64,000 nucleotides of DNA from a virus, in IMG/VR virus record IMGVR_UViG_3300042519_001676, positions 1-64,000 of that record; one strand, 5' to 3'. The translations under genes and the position numbers were made by a program. The notes under the pieces are model-generated. The model saw nothing but the letters and a program-made list of their open reading frames with translations, ran no database searches and was not told where the DNA came from. Shown piece by piece: positions 49,690-63,500 of the stretch (its first letter is position 1; each line of letters begins with the position of its first letter).

Positions 49690-50088
49690 TTAAGGTTGTA
49701 AAGACGGGTCGGCAACAGATGCTGCTCCCGGTTCAGCAATAGACGCTGTTCCTTTACCTGGTGCCCACGGCAATTCTGGTTGAGAAATTGCGGCACTGTT
49801 TATTTTATCTTGTATTCTTGCATTAACATGCTGTTCGTAATCGCCCACTACTACTGCTTTAATCCAATTTAACACAGTTTCTTCAGTCAGTTGTTCAAAA
49901 GCAATAAACTCTCCTGCTGGCACACTGGCTGCAGAAAAAGGTGTTGCACCTTCAAACGTTCCAGAATTACCGTTCTCGTCAGTGCCGGTCTTTTTCCAAT
50001 AAGTTTGCACTACTGCATTAAGATTTTCGCCTTCAGTTCTAGTTCTAAGAGAAGTAATTTGCCATGTGTAAGTAACTGCCATAATCAA
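49690..50088 (-). CDS. fibre-associated TYTW family protein (paralogue 1)
   Basis: TYTW...AVVQTYW...FIAFEQLTEETVLNWI...LPW. Confidence 0.8.
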   Translation of the reverse strand: MIMAVTYTWQITSLRTRTEGENLNAVVQTYWKKTGTDENGNSGTFEGATPFSAASVPAGEFIAFEQLTEETVLNWIKAVVVGDYEQHVNARIQDKINSAAISQPELPWAPGKGTASIAEPGAASVADPSLQP

Positions 50089-50483
50089 TCCTCTACTGCA
50101 TCGCTATAGTAATTTAGAGTTTTTAAGAAATCATATGCTTGTTCTACCACTGTTTTTGTAGATGCCATGTCAATAGACATCCAGAAATTAGTTTCTGATT
50201 TGGTTTCAACTCGCATGTCTGCAGGTACATCTGTAGGATAAACTCCAATATGTGCAATTGGTAATTTGCCTGCATCTCTTGCAGCTTTATTATAAAATAC
50301 CTGTACGCATACTCTACCGTAGTATCCTTTTTTCCACTGCCAATCAGGACAGTTAGCCGGTCTAACACCTCCCGGATCCGGAATATCTGTTGGAATCTTA
50401 TGTGTTATAACTTGACTTATTACATGGTACGCAGAGTCGGCGTCAATACCATTAGCAAGTTCATACCTTTTAATTAGTGCCAT
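50085..50483 (-). CDS. hypothetical protein, possible fibre assembly factor
   Basis: Overlaps fibre stop; AYH and QAYDFLKTL motifs. Confidence 0.75.
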   Translation of the reverse strand: MALIKRYELANGIDADSAYHVISQVITHKIPTDIPDPGGVRPANCPDWQWKKGYYGRVCVQVFYNKAARDAGKLPIAHIGVYPTDVPADMRVETKSETNFWMSIDMASTKTVVEQAYDFLKTLNYYSDAVED

Positions 50484-53400
50484 TTTTTATTATTTCCTTG
50501 AGTTCATCAATTTCAGCTTTTAGATCTTTAATCGCCTGGATTAAGAACGGCGTAATCTTGTCGTATTTAACAGTTAGGTAACTCTCGATGTTAGAATCTT
50601 TGCCAGCACATCTACCTGCTTTGTTTTCAGCTACGGCAATTGGTAAAATTTCTTGTACTTCTTGTGCAATCAGTGCAGTTTCGACCTGCCCTTCGTAGAA
50701 ACCGTCATTGACTTTGGTTGCTAATTCGTTCCATTCGAAGCTAGACGGTACTAGACGATCAACTAATGCTAAACCGGATCCTTTTTCTAGAGGTTTGATG
50801 TTCTGCTTTAATCTACGATCGGACCAGTAGGCGGTAACTTCACCACGTGCGTACAGGTTATTTCCGCTGTGATAAATTCTCCAACCGTTGCCCGAACGAT
50901 GAATACCTCCGTCACCGTCGTTCATCATCAGTGTAGAACCAGATGCAAAATAGATACCATACCAGCCGTTACGAGTTCCGTCCATACGCCAAGAACCGTA
51001 GTCACCGTTGTTTGGATATATGTGAGCACCGTTTGTATCGGAATAAATTCCTTGATGTCCGGAAACGTTTATCCAGCGATCTATAAAGATGTAATTGCTG
51101 CTACCGTTGACCTGCATAACACGACCACTCATATCGTAGTCTGTGTAGAAACGCATACCTTCGTAGCTAAGGTTTGCACCAAACTTTAGACCAGTATGGA
51201 ATGCAATTCTTAAGTCAGGGTATGGGAATCCCCAGCCGCCGCCTTCTTGGAATATCGAGTAAGCACGAGTTCCGTTACCGCTATCCCCGCCTTCGCCTTT
51301 AAAGCTCAACCAACGAACTGTGGTACCTTCTGTGTTAAGTACGTTTACGTTACTGGTACTTGCAGGGTCAGTATAGTAACCAGTATTGTTTCTATCATAA
51401 TAGATATAGGCTCTTGCATCGTCTAAGTATGTAATACGATACAGTTCCATGTTGGCATTGCCAGCTTCCATACGCAACTGCCAGTTACCTGAACTGTTTA
51501 ATAAACCAAATTCATTACCAGTAGTACCATATAGGTAACCCATAACGGTGCCTTGATAACCGTTACGTAATCTAATACCACCAGTGCCTTGCTGGCCTGC
51601 ATCCCAATAGTTTCCGTTGATACTGTACCAATGGTTAGCCGTTGCTTGATTATATAGACCCTGGCCGGCATTATTATTACGGAACCAGCCGTTGTTATAG
51701 ATATCACTAAATGTAACACTGCCTTGGCCGTTGACCACATAACCAGGTCCGTTACTCAACTGACTTAGGTTGGATAAGTTTCCTGCATGCCATACTAAAT
51801 GTTGGCTGTCAGTTGCATAGAAATTACCATCTGCATATACGTTAACTTGGCCGCCAGTTGATGAGAATCCCCAATTAACTGTACCACCACTGTATTGATA
51901 ACCAAATGCCGCACTTGGCCATACACTAGGTCCTATAAAGTTAGCACCGTTTTGTATGCTGCTTACTGCACCGCCTGAGGTAATAAATCCAGGTCCGTTG
52001 GTTAACTGACTTAGGTTAGTTAAATTACCACTATCCCATACAGTATATTGTGTACCAGCACCGTAAGTTGAACGGTTAACGTAAATTGTTCCCTGATCCC
52101 ATCTCCACTGCCATCCGTAACTGTTGTTATGGAATCCAGTAGTATTTGAGTTTATCATTAACGATACGTTACCGCTAATATATCCTGTAAATTCAATACC
52201 ACCCCAACCGTTTTTACGTCCTTCAGAATACCATGAACCGTAGCTGTTAGGGTTTGGATAAAAATGTGGTGCATTATTAAAGCCGCCAATTGGTGCGTAC
52301 AGACCATGATTGCCTGTTAACTGCAACCAAGTGTCTACTTGATAATATGCATTACCAAACTTGCCTAAGAATCCAGGTCCGTTAGTCAACTGACTCAGAT
52401 TTGTTAAGTTGAAGTTGTTCCAAATTCTACGCCATGTACCGTAACTGCCGTTTTCAATACGTCTGTTGTAAATTTCACCGTCGTCATAGAAACTAGCAGC
52501 CCACTGATTACCAAAGTTATTACCGGTGTTGGTATGACGAGTATGTAATGCGGTATACCAAGTACCGGTCGGTGTGCCGTTGTTATAGGCGTTATAGAAT
52601 CCGGATGGTAACGCTGCTGTTAATCCTGTTTCTCTAGTCTTAGTTGAGTTATCACCGTAGACAAACCTGTCGTAATAAATTCCACCTAGGTTATCAACAC
52701 TACCGCTGCTGGTAATAAATCCGGGTCCGTTAGTTAACTGACTTAGGTTAGTTAAGTTGCCGCTATCCCAGTTGGTAAATGCACTACCTCTAGTATAGAT
52801 AGGTCGACCACTGTAATAGTTTAAGTATAGATCGTAACCGTTGGCTGCATCAATGTGCAGGTTGCCGTTAGTTGCTGCCACAGTAGCACGAGTCGCATCA
52901 GTGCGGCCGTTACCGCCAATAATTAAATCGGCACCCCAGGAACTGTTTGGTCCAAAATATGATCTACTATCGCCTTGGTGTCTAGTATCTCCGTTAATAT
53001 GTAATCTTGTTGTAGGATCAGTAACGTTAATACCCACAAATCCATCAACTGGATCGATGGTCATGCGTTCGATAGGAAGATCAGTTCCGCCACCAGTTGT
53101 ACCTGTACCTGGCTTAGTTGCAAATACCAAGAAGCTACGCTCGCTACCCGGAGTATCGTGCAGTCTTAAACCTACCCAGGCATGTGGTGAAATATTATAG
53201 CTGGTATTGTCTGCATTCAGTGTTCCGCCTGAGTAGTTTAGCAAGTGGTTAAATGCAATGCCGCCGTAGTAACTGTTTGCAGTTGTTACACGACTAGTTG
53301 CAGGGCCAACTTGCAGTGCATAAGAATCACTGTTAATAGTGCTTGCCCCAGTTCCGCTTGAATGGAACATGTGCTTACCGCCGCGGAAATCTAGCGGGCT

Positions 53401-56400
53401 AGTGTAGTACGCAGTAATGTATCCCGGACCGTTGCTTAACTGACTTAGGTTAGTTAAACTGTAATTAGTGTGTGCTCGTGCCGCAGTAACTGGGCCGGTT
53501 TCCACAGTGTCAAATGCTGTTGGGAAAGTAATTGCCCAATCATCATTCCAGTCTGTATTACCGTAGGCATTATATCCAGCTTGGAATTCAGTAATGAATA
53601 CCTGAGGATACGTCCATGCTGTGCTAGTTTCACCAATCCAAATTGCATTTCTTGTGCCGTCGTGGCCCCAACGGACATTTAAGTCTCCGCCGCCATGTGT
53701 GATCTGATGTGCAAAAACGTTGTACCAACCACCTGGTCCGTAGTTGTAACCACCTAGTTCAATTGTTCTACTTGTGCCTGCATTGCCGCCTGCGTATTCG
53801 TAGATCTTGACAGTCATTCGCATCATTGTAGATGATCTAAACTGCGGTAATCTAATCTTAATTGCACCTGTTACTGTGCTTGTGCCAGTAACATATGATC
53901 CACCACCCGGTGCGTAAACTTTTAAACCATTATTATTGTCAGTTAAACCACCGTTGGTAGTTAACACATATTGGAATGTGGCTGCACCGCCACCTGTGAC
54001 AAATCCCGGGCCGTTGCTTAACTGGTTAACGTTGGTCAGGTTACCGGCATGCCAGATAACGTTAGTACCCACATACGGATTATAACCAAATGTTGTTCTA
54101 CCAGTGGACGCACTTATATCAAACGCTGCATCGGCCCTTGCTGCAATACCTCCAGTAAATCCGTTCTTCATAATGACAAAGCCATCATTATAAACAGAAG
54201 TCGCCATCTTACCAACAAACCATGCAGTTGTACTACCTGCAACTAGTGGGAATAAAATAGCTGAGTATGTATTTGCATTAGGATTAACTCTAATACCTTC
54301 TGACCAGTTTCCGGCACCTGTTGTATTAATTGTTAGGGCAGGGACTCCAACTCCGCTGCCGTTTAATGTACTACCTGTAGGAGCCCATGTAGCAAAATCA
54401 GTAATAGTGCCGCCAGTAGTTGTCCAACTGTTTCCGTTACCAAAAGTTAAAGTACCGTTGGCTGCACGGATCACGCTAGGGTTGTTAGCACCCGAGCTGT
54501 CCTGATTACCCATCAACAGACTTTGTACTCCTGATGTTGCAGTAATTCTTACATATCCCTGGAATGCTGCTTCACCAGCAACATCTAATTCAAAAACAGG
54601 TGCCGCAGTACTACCAATTCGCATCTTGCCGCCACCACCGGCAGCATAGACATCAGCATTTACATAGTGATTTAAATATACGCCTTTGCCCGTAGTAGAG
54701 CCGTCAATAATAACTTGACCTTCTCCGTAACCTTTGATGTTAGCTGCACCGGATGCACGATCTAAGTAAAGAATGTCAGTTCGTTGATCAGTTGCATCAT
54801 ATATTGCTGCGGAGCAGATGTACCATGTTAAAGGAGCACCTGCTGTAGGTGTTGGACTACCAGTAACGTAGAAGAAGTGCGTTGAACTGAATGTTCCTGA
54901 ATCACCGCAGATTACTACATATGCGTATTCTTCCCACTTGCCTGTGCCTACATTGTTTGTTGCCCAATAGCTTTGGCCGTTTGTTCCGATAGAATTACTT
55001 GCCCAGGTTAACGTGTAGCCAGCCGGCAGTCTAGCTTTAAATCTTGCTACTAAAATTGCATTGGCTCTAGTGCCTACAGCAAAGTAGAATCCGCCGAATC
55101 CGGGACTTTGACTGCTGCCTGTATGCTGTACCTGCAACACAAATCCAGAAGTAGTAGGAGTACCCGACGGTGCTGCAATTCGAGTGATAGCAGTTTGTCC
55201 AGAACTTGCGTTATCGTAAACTGCAATACTGTTAGTTCCGTTAAAGAAATTCTCATCAAGATAGTTTGCGTGTTTCTTTCCCGGTGCACCTAGTGCATTA
55301 AATGATAAAGTTGGGCCGCCACTCAGTGTTGTTTCAACATGATCCCACGATGTCTTACCGTCAAATCTTAGGCCACCACCAATGTTTAAATTAGTACCGT
55401 CAAACGTTAAGTTTGCACTGCCTGCAAATAAGTTACCACTGTCTTTATAAACAACCTGATTAGCACTGCCTGCACCAATACCTGCACCTGCTTGACCTGT
55501 TGCACCAATTTCTCCCATTGCACCAAATGCCACATTAGTAATTGCCACCGCAGTAGTTTGTAAACTAGAGTCAAAATGTAGCGGAGAACTAGAAACAGCT
55601 CTTGCTGTTGTTTTTAACAGTGTTGCATTTTGCCAGTATCTAACATTGCCACCGTCGTATGTGATTGTAAATTTGTCAGCAGTAGTATATGCACCACCAG
55701 TTAATACTGATGCACCTGCTTCATAAATTGCCACGGTGCCGGCATTAAAATAGATTGCATAATCAAGTGTGTCAAAGCTGGCGTTGTTTGCTGGGTCAGA
55801 GTTAAGACCAAACATTGCACGACCAGTGGTGTTGTTAACACTGGCACTTGCATATGCACCGCGGACGAATCCTTCCGCTGAATAAACTTGTACATCCCAG
55901 TTTCCGTTAGTTCCACCAGTTTTAGTGAATAGAGAATAGTTAGTAGATGTAATGCCTGCACTGATAATTGGAGTCCAATATCCTGCACCAGTAATACCTG
56001 TTGATCCTGTTAGGCCGGTAGCACCTGTTGCACCTGTACTGCCTCCAGTACCTGTTGGGCCAGTAGCACCTGTTGAACCTGTTAGGCCAGTTGCACCTGT
56101 GGCACCGGTTGCACCTGTAAATCCAGTAGCACCTGTTGATCCTATTGCACCTGTTCCACCGTTTGCACCAGCACCGCCTGTAGGTCCTGTGGCACCAGTT
56201 GTACCTTGATTTCCTTGTATACCAGTTGCACCTGTAGCACCTGTACCGCCTCCGGTACCTTGTGCTCCGGTAGTTCCTGTTAAACCAGTAGAACCTACCG
56301 GTCCTGTTGCACCGGTTGAACCAAACATACCAGTAACATCGATAGTCCAGTTTGCATATGGTCCAGCACCGTTAGTCCCACCAACATAGTCTACGTTCAC

Positions 56401-57480
56401 AGTGATTGCTAAACCTACAATGCCTGTAATAGTACCTTCCATGTAGTTAACTGGAATAGCTGGATACACAATGCGAACACGCATACCCACACTGAACGCA
56501 CTGGCTTTGTTTACTGTCCAAGTCTTGCTGCCGGTTGCATTAGTGTTTGATGTTGAACTGGTAATATCATATCCTAGTCCAGTAGCACCTGTTCCACCTA
56601 TACTACCATTAGAGCCAGCTGCACCAGTTGCACCTTGCAAACCAGTGGCACCAGTTGCACCTTGCAAACCAGTGGCACCAGTTGCACCTGTAAAGCCAGT
56701 AGCACCTGTAGCACCTGTAGAGCCTGCATTACCAACGTTACCCGCAGCACCTGTTGCACCCTGGACACCCGTTGATCCACGCTGTCCTGTTGCACCTGTT
56801 GCACCAATACCACCTGTAGCACCAGCTTGACCAGTTGCACCTGTAGCACCAAGTTGTCCTGTTGCACCCGTAGCACCTGCATTACCAACACCGCCCGCAC
56901 CACCTGTGGCACCAATTGGGCCAGTGGCACCTGTTGCACCCGGATAACCAGTTGCACCCTGAGGACCTGTTGATCCTGTGCTGCCTCGTAGACCAGTAGC
57001 ACCTGTACTTCCCGGCAATCCAGTAGCACCTGTTGCACCAGTAGCACCTGTTGGACCAGTAGCACCTGTGCCGCCGCCTACACCTGCTCCACCTGCAGTA
57101 CCTGTGGCACCTTGTGGACCTGTGGCACCAGTTGTACCTTGTGGGCCTGTGGCACCAGTTGTACCTCGTAGACCTGTTGCACCGGTTGAACCAGTAGCAC
57201 CTGTTGGGCCAGTAGCACCTGTTGCTCCCTGCAGACCAGTAGCACCTGTTGCACCAGTTGCACCTGTAGAACCAACTGGTCCTGTAGCACCTGTGGCTCC
57301 AGAAACGCCGCTTGCACCGGTTCCTGGGGCAATAAATGCCAAAGTTCCCTGTGTATCGACAAGACCAATAAGCCAACCGCTGGTGTTAGCACTCTGTGGT
57401 AAGGTTAAGGTCACTGTACCTGTAGTCGGAGACTTCAGTGTTACATTACCTTGTGGACTGGTATCAAAATTAATTGCCAT
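50470..57480 (-). CDS. long tail fibre with collagen-like stalk, modular shaft and S74 chaperone
   Basis: Gly-X-Thr repeats, six [13 protein letters not shown]-type linkers, [10 protein letters not shown]...[11 protein letters not shown]...[15 protein letters not shown]. Confidence 0.9.
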   Translation of the reverse strand: MAINFDTSPQGNVTLKSPTTGTVTLTLPQSANTSGWLIGLVDTQGTLAFIAPGTGASGVSGATGATGPVGSTGATGATGATGLQGATGATGPTGATGSTGATGLRGTTGATGPQGTTGATGPQGATGTAGGAGVGGGTGATGPTGATGATGATGLPGSTGATGLRGSTGSTGPQGATGYPGATGATGPIGATGGAGGVGNAGATGATGQLGATGATGQAGATGGIGATGATGQRGSTGVQGATGAAGNVGNAGSTGATGATGFTGATGATGLQGATGATGLQGATGAAGSNGSIGGTGATGLGYDITSSTSNTNATGSKTWTVNKASAFSVGMRVRIVYPAIPVNYMEGTITGIVGLAITVNVDYVGGTNGAGPYANWTIDVTGMFGSTGATGPVGSTGLTGTTGAQGTGGGTGATGATGIQGNQGTTGATGPTGGAGANGGTGAIGSTGATGFTGATGATGATGLTGSTGATGPTGTGGSTGATGATGLTGSTGITGAGYWTPIISAGITSTNYSLFTKTGGTNGNWDVQVYSAEGFVRGAYASASVNNTTGRAMFGLNSDPANNASFDTLDYAIYFNAGTVAIYEAGASVLTGGAYTTADKFTITYDGGNVRYWQNATLLKTTARAVSSSPLHFDSSLQTTAVAITNVAFGAMGEIGATGQAGAGIGAGSANQVVYKDSGNLFAGSANLTFDGTNLNIGGGLRFDGKTSWDHVETTLSGGPTLSFNALGAPGKKHANYLDENFFNGTNSIAVYDNASSGQTAITRIAAPSGTPTTSGFVLQVQHTGSSQSPGFGGFYFAVGTRANAILVARFKARLPAGYTLTWASNSIGTNGQSYWATNNVGTGKWEEYAYVVICGDSGTFSSTHFFYVTGSPTPTAGAPLTWYICSAAIYDATDQRTDILYLDRASGAANIKGYGEGQVIIDGSTTGKGVYLNHYVNADVYAAGGGGKMRIGSTAAPVFELDVAGEAAFQGYVRITATSGVQSLLMGNQDSSGANNPSVIRAANGTLTFGNGNSWTTTGGTITDFATWAPTGSTLNGSGVGVPALTINTTGAGNWSEGIRVNPNANTYSAILFPLVAGSTTAWFVGKMATSVYNDGFVIMKNGFTGGIAARADAAFDISASTGRTTFGYNPYVGTNVIWHAGNLTNVNQLSNGPGFVTGGGAATFQYVLTTNGGLTDNNNGLKVYAPGGGSYVTGTSTVTGAIKIRLPQFRSSTMMRMTVKIYEYAGGNAGTSRTIELGGYNYGPGGWYNVFAHQITHGGGDLNVRWGHDGTRNAIWIGETSTAWTYPQVFITEFQAGYNAYGNTDWNDDWAITFPTAFDTVETGPVTAARAHTNYSLTNLSQLSNGPGYITAYYTSPLDFRGGKHMFHSSGTGASTINSDSYALQVGPATSRVTTANSYYGGIAFNHLLNYSGGTLNADNTSYNISPHAWVGLRLHDTPGSERSFLVFATKPGTGTTGGGTDLPIERMTIDPVDGFVGINVTDPTTRLHINGDTRHQGDSRSYFGPNSSWGADLIIGGNGRTDATRATVAATNGNLHIDAANGYDLYLNYYSGRPIYTRGSAFTNWDSGNLTNLSQLTNGPGFITSSGSVDNLGGIYYDRFVYGDNSTKTRETGLTAALPSGFYNAYNNGTPTGTWYTALHTRHTNTGNNFGNQWAASFYDDGEIYNRRIENGSYGTWRRIWNNFNLTNLSQLTNGPGFLGKFGNAYYQVDTWLQLTGNHGLYAPIGGFNNAPHFYPNPNSYGSWYSEGRKNGWGGIEFTGYISGNVSLMINSNTTGFHNNSYGWQWRWDQGTIYVNRSTYGAGTQYTVWDSGNLTNLSQLTNGPGFITSGGAVSSIQNGANFIGPSVWPSAAFGYQYSGGTVNWGFSSTGGQVNVYADGNFYATDSQHLVWHAGNLSNLSQLSNGPGYVVNGQGSVTFSDIYNNGWFRNNNAGQGLYNQATANHWYSINGNYWDAGQQGTGGIRLRNGYQGTVMGYLYGTTGNEFGLLNSSGNWQLRMEAGNANMELYRITYLDDARAYIYYDRNNTGYYTDPASTSNVNVLNTEGTTVRWLSFKGEGGDSGNGTRAYSIFQEGGGWGFPYPDLRIAFHTGLKFGANLSYEGMRFYTDYDMSGRVMQVNGSSNYIFIDRWINVSGHQGIYSDTNGAHIYPNNGDYGSWRMDGTRNGWYGIYFASGSTLMMNDGDGGIHRSGNGWRIYHSGNNLYARGEVTAYWSDRRLKQNIKPLEKGSGLALVDRLVPSSFEWNELATKVNDGFYEGQVETALIAQEVQEILPIAVAENKAGRCAGKDSNIESYLTVKYDKITPFLIQAIKDLKAEIDELKEIIKNGTN
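51736..54054 (-). repeat. six dispersed ~60-bp linker repeats in the fibre gene
   Basis: Copies near 51736, 51979, 52366, 52711, 53416, 53998; two are 55/60 identical. Confidence 0.8.
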
Positions 57481-57521
57481 AGTTACTCAATTGTTATTCA
57501 GTATTTATTAGTTCAAAACTA

Positions 57522-60500
57522 TCAGGTCGTAACCTCAACAGTTTCCACTTTTGCCACAAATCGTACACTGCCGCTTGCGACGCCTATTGCTTGAACACTT
57601 AAACCTCCGTTTACTGCATCAGCTACAACATTCACATCGTATGCCTGACTTGCCCAAATTTTTGTTTTGTTAACTGTGCGTACCACAGTTGTGTTTGCAC
57701 CTGCATATCTAGAAATAGATCCGCTAAACTCCCATGCACCTTCATCGTTACTGGTAGTAGACTTTGCAGTGGCAAATACTTTAAACATATAACTAGAATT
57801 ATCAGGAAGAATAACTTGATTGTTTGTAGTTGCAGTAGTGTTATTCACAGTCAAAGTAAATGTAGAAGTTGAAGTTGCTAATCCTCGTAAAATGTATGAC
57901 CCGGATTGTGCATCTCCTGCTGCTGCAAATGTTCCATTTGAAACTATATTTGCATCTAAAATTCCTCGAGTAGTTGCACCGTCGCCGAGAACAATGTTAT
58001 CGCCAACTGCTAGGCCGCCTGTAATAACTACCGCAGCACTTTGAGTATTAATTGCAGTTTGTGTACTTCTAAAATTAGTCAGTGTACTGCCAACAGTTAA
58101 TACACCCAACGCACCTGTTATGGTAGAACCAATATTAATGTTGGCAATAGATGTAGCAACACCAGCAGTACCAATGTTAACTGTTTTTAGTGTTGCAGCT
58201 AAAGTTGCTGCTGATGCAATGTTTGCAGTCAGTGCCGCAGTATTGTTAGAAATATTAGCAGTTGTACCGCTGTGTGTTAACGTTCCAGCTACTGTTAAAT
58301 CTTCAAAAGAGGTAACATCAGGATCGTCAATTGTTGCTGTAGCACCTAAACTTGTAACGCTTGCTGCCCAAGAGCTGTTTACAATCATAGCAGGTGTAAC
58401 TGTTTGATATGCTGTGTTTGCTGGAATTTCTTCAGTAATCAGTGTCCAAATACGGCCACCAGCAACAGTTGAACGTCTCCAGTATTCAAAATCACCAGAT
58501 ATAGGATCGTATGTTACTGTATGGTTAGTAGTGCCGACACTCAGTGCAGCCTCTCCGCTTTCTGATATCCAATATACTGTACCCAACACAGTTGATACTG
58601 CATCTTTTACATAGCTAACCCATAGAACATCGTTGTCCATGTTATCACTATAAACTACACTAGCAGTGGCTTTAACTGCACTCTTTATTTTAAAGGTAGT
58701 GCTGTCGCCTACATTAGGCAGTGACCATGTCAAGCATTTAATCCACTGGTTTGTTCCCGGACTTGCACCAGCATATTCGCTGTGTTCAATGTAGCCAGGT
58801 GCACCAAATATGCTGCCTTCGACGTATAAATTCTTTTTAATACTTACACCGCCAGCAACTTGTACTGAGCCAGTTGCAGTGTTTGTGGCCTGAGATGTAT
58901 TATTAAAATATATAATTTGATTAGTTGACGAAGTTCTGCTGGTAATAGAATCTAATGTAGCAGTGCTCCAGATTGTGATTGCACCAAAGTTAGACGATAC
59001 TGCGGTGTCAGTTCCTGCAAAGATTTGACTTACACCAATACCGCCAGAACCTAAACTAGAAGTGGTTAATACTTCTAACCCTGCTGCATAAATTCTGTTG
59101 CCAACATATAAGTCACCGCCAATACCAGCACCGCCGGCAACAGTCAACGCACCAGATACTGTATTAGTTGCACTGGTAGTATTAACTAAATTCAAGCTGC
59201 CAAACTGTGCAGCACCCCAAGTTCCTGTATTAGAAAATAGTGCTGGAAATTCTTGGAAGCCGCCTGGCCAAATATCTGTCTTATAAACCAGCTTCTTGCT
59301 GGCATTGTCCATGCCAAGGAAAGAATGGTTATCGTATGTAGATGAAGATGAAGCCGTCGTACTGTAATGCAATAGTACGCCTCGATCAAAACCGTCATTG
59401 ACATTTAAGTTAGTATTGTCAATGCCTGCACCAAGACTCAGAACCGGGTCAATTACGACTGTTTGAGTTGAATTTACATAGGTTTGTGTGCCAAAAACTT
59501 GTAAATTACCGTAAATTGCAGCGTTTCCGCCTACAATTAAATTACGGCCTATACCAACACCACCGGCAACAGTTAATGCACCTGCTGTAGAAGTATTTGA
59601 ATCTGTATTATTACTAATACTGATAGCATTGGTAGTAGTTGCACCTCTATTTGTAACAGATTGCAGGGTGGAAGTATTCCAAACAACTACCGTTCCAGTA
59701 GTTCTACTCACGCTAGTGTCTGTTCCTGCTGTTAGAGTCTGAACACCTAAATTAGTGAACGTCACAATACCAGTGGCCGAACTGACTCCAATGTAAGTTG
59801 ATCCGACTGCGGCAATAACACCAGTGTTATTGATAGTAAAGCTGGTTGCGGTTCCGACGCTGATTTCATCAGTTATAGTAATACCAGAACCGGCAGTTGG
59901 ATTTACATTGGTAACAACACGATTTCCGCTATCATATAACTCGGCTGCACGTACCTGTTTACCGACTCCCAACCCTCCGTAGATAACCACAGCACCATCA
60001 GTAGTGGTTGTACTTGCAGTTGTATTTTCAAAGACCGCAGTAGCAGCAGGAGTTCCTTTTAAAGATACTGTAATTAATGCAGTTTCAATTGTTGCTTGTC
60101 CGCCAATACCAACACCACCAGAAACAACCAGTGCACCTGTTGATGTGCTGTTTGATACAGTATTATTGTTAATAATAATTGCGTTAGTTGTAGAATTTCC
60201 TCTTTCGGTGACTAACTGTAATGTGTCAATAGACTCAATAATCACAGCACCGGTGCTGGTATTAACTGCAATACCAGAACCAGTAGTTAAACTGGTCACG
60301 CCATATGTGCCCAACGAAGCATTGGTGATTACTAAGCTGCCATTTGAATAAATGTTTGCAGCTTTGATATCCCCGCCTACTTCTAGTTGAGCAGTAGCAG
60401 TGGCAGTATTAATTCCAACAAAATTAGAACCTGATGAGCCGCCAGCAATTTTTACAACATCGTTTGCACCCAATGCCAGCGTTTGACTTCCTGCAGGTAA

Positions 60501-63500
60501 TAGTTGGAAGTATCCTGTAAGGCCTGTACCAGTCCATAGTAAATCTACAATCCCGCCGACTGGGTCGTACCATGATTGTAGCTGATTTGTTCCGTTTACA
60601 GTTAACGCACTTCTGCTGTCAATTGCTCCCACAATAGGGCTTGACATGAATGTGACAAATTCGTTAACGTAGAGTTTTTTGCCTACATATAAGCCACCAC
60701 TAATACCTACTGCTTTAGTACTTCCAGAAATTGTTGCCTGCGAAGTATTTGAGAATGTAACAGCATAAGGAGTAATGGCTCCACGCATTGTTACACTTTC
60801 TAAAGTGTCTGTTTCAGTAGTTAATACTTGAATACCATTTGAATAGATATTAGCAGCATATACATCGCCAGTAATACCTACTCCGCCGCGGACTGTTAAC
60901 GCACCGCTGGTTGTGGAAGTACTAGATGCAGTGTTTAAAATAGTGATTGCCGCAGTGGTTGTTGATCCTCTGTTGGCAACAGTGTCTAGTGTAGATGTGT
61001 TCCAAACAACTATAACACCAGTAGAAGAAGAAACTGCTGTGTCAGTACCTGCTGTTAGTGCAGTTACACCCAAATCTCCAATACTTGATTCAGTTACAAC
61101 TGGACTTCCATTGGAGTATAAGTTGCTAGCATATAAGTTTCCGCCAACTCCTACTCCGCCAGTTACTACTAATGCACCAGTTGTGGTACCGGTTGAGTTA
61201 GTTACATTGGCAAAAGTCAATGCAACAGTGGTTGTTGATCCTCGTTGTGTAACAGTTTGAAGTGTAGATGTATTACTGATTGTAATAACGCCACGGCCTG
61301 GATATGTAATGCCACTTTCAATATTAATGTCAGCACCGGCCAATGCCTGTGTTACAACATATTGGCCGATTGTTGCAGTTGAAACAATTAATCCGGTTGA
61401 ATCAAAATATCTATTAGCGTATAAATCTCCGGCAAAGCTGCCGCCGCCTGCTACTTTTAATGCACCGCTGTTTAGCAACCCGCCGGCGTCGGTCCTCATT
61501 AATTCTAATGTGCCGAACTTTGCTGCACCCCAAGTACCAGAACTTGCAAAGCTAGGAGTATATGCTCCTGCAGGACCTGTTATAACTCCAGTTTTATAGA
61601 TTAGAGTTTCACTATTATTATCCATACCCAAGAATGTTCTTGTGTATGTACTAGTTCCTGAGCCTGTGTTGTAATGTAATAATAAACCGCGATCAAAACC
61701 ATCGTCAACTGTTAAATCTGTTCCGTCGGGGTTAATACCTAAATCTAGTATAGGGTCAACAATGCTGGTCTGTGTACTGTTAACAATTGTAGTTGTTCCT
61801 CGAACAACTAGATCCCCGACTATAGTTGCCTTACCGCCAACCCATAGGTCTTTAGCAATGCCAACACCGCCCCTAACTACTAATGCACCGGTCGTTGTGG
61901 ACACTGCATTTTCAACACTTGTGGCTAAAATTTGTCCAGTAAAGTTTAATGCACCGTTAACTTGCAAATCACTTTCAATTGTGGTTAAACTACCTGCAGG
62001 ATTTAAAGTTAAGTTACCGCTAATTGTCTGTATTGTGCTTCCAGAAAGCAACAACTGCCCTACTTGAATACTTGTAGGTTGTAAAACTGATGTGTTAACA
62101 CCGTCACTGATTGTTAAGCTAGACAACGGCCCTAATCTAAAGTTAGCTGTACCAAAGTCAACGTTACCTGTACGTTGATTAATACGGAATTCAGGACCTA
62201 CTCTAAAGTCACCTAAGTGGTCAACTGTTTGGAAGTATACTTTTGCACCATTTAATCTAACAATTTCATTTGCTTGAATTGCAAGGCTTGGGTCGTTGGT
62301 AAAGTCTTTTCCGCTACCAATGTGACTCATGTTAAAGGCAATTGCTTTAAAGTCAATACCTTCGCCATCTGCATATATACCGTAATTACCGTAGACTACA
62401 GCAGATCCAATACTACGCAACTCTCCGCCAAACTGTCTGTAATCTGCAAGACTGATTTGTTGAGCACTGGCTACTACTGCCGCAGTATAAGTTCCAGTAG
62501 TGGAGTAAACGTTTTGACTGCCTAATCCGTCATCTGTAAAACTTGTACTTAAATTTGCACCGTCGCAGTGTAATAATACAGTTGTGCTATTGTCACTTGC
62601 GTAAGCACTAGTTGGAGGTGTAAAAGATCCGGTGTATCTAGGAGTAGTGCTTATTCTAAGTTCGTCTAGATAACCTCGTAAACTTAACGTTGGTACACCT
62701 GTATAGCCGCCAATTGTCAAACTATCTGCATTGGTTATATTTGCAGACGAAGTAGTAGTTGCTTCAAGGTTACCATTGATAAACAATCTATTAGTATTGC
62801 TTAAATCACGGCTCATCATTACATGATACCATGTGCCAGTGCTTAAGGTATTTGTAGAAGTAAATGCAATAGCACCGTGTTGTCCTGCAAGTTTGTTGTC
62901 TGCACCTACCCAAAGACCAAATGTTGTTGAAGGAGTAAGTCCTTTATTGACAACGTATTGCTTTCTGTTATTCTGTGTTAGGTGAATCCAAGCTTCAACG
63001 GTATAAGAACTAAACCCGTACTGTAAATCAGCATCGCTTACAATGTCTAATAAGTCGCCGTCGGTGGTAAAGTATGCTGCACCTGTTCCGAACTTGCGTT
63101 CAAAACTGCTGATTACTGTGGCATTGTAAACGTTAATTGTTTTACCAGTTCTGTCTGCTGCTTCAACAAACCCAGATGCCTTGCCGTCTAGGTAAACGTA
63201 TTCGCTAGTGACTTCGTCAATTAATCCCGAAGCTAATAATGTACCAGTTGAACCAACATAATGTAGATTATGACCAACAGTGAATGTTCCTGTACTGTTT
63301 GCTAGACGTAGTCTTGTACGGCCTTGACCACCCCAACCAACAGATCCGCTGGTACCAACAATACCCTTATCTGCAAAATAACTAAAACCGTTTAATAATT
63401 CAACTCTTGTTCCGTTAGTAATATGTACCGCTTCACTGCTAGGAACAATAAAAGTTGCTTCGTTGAATAAAAAGGCTGCTTCGAGACTGGTAGGGTCAAC

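Noticed and set aside
50470-54054. Diversity-generating retroelement targeting the fibre
   Set aside because: No reverse transcriptase or non-coding template repeat in the window; repeats are internal in-frame linkers with synonymous differences.
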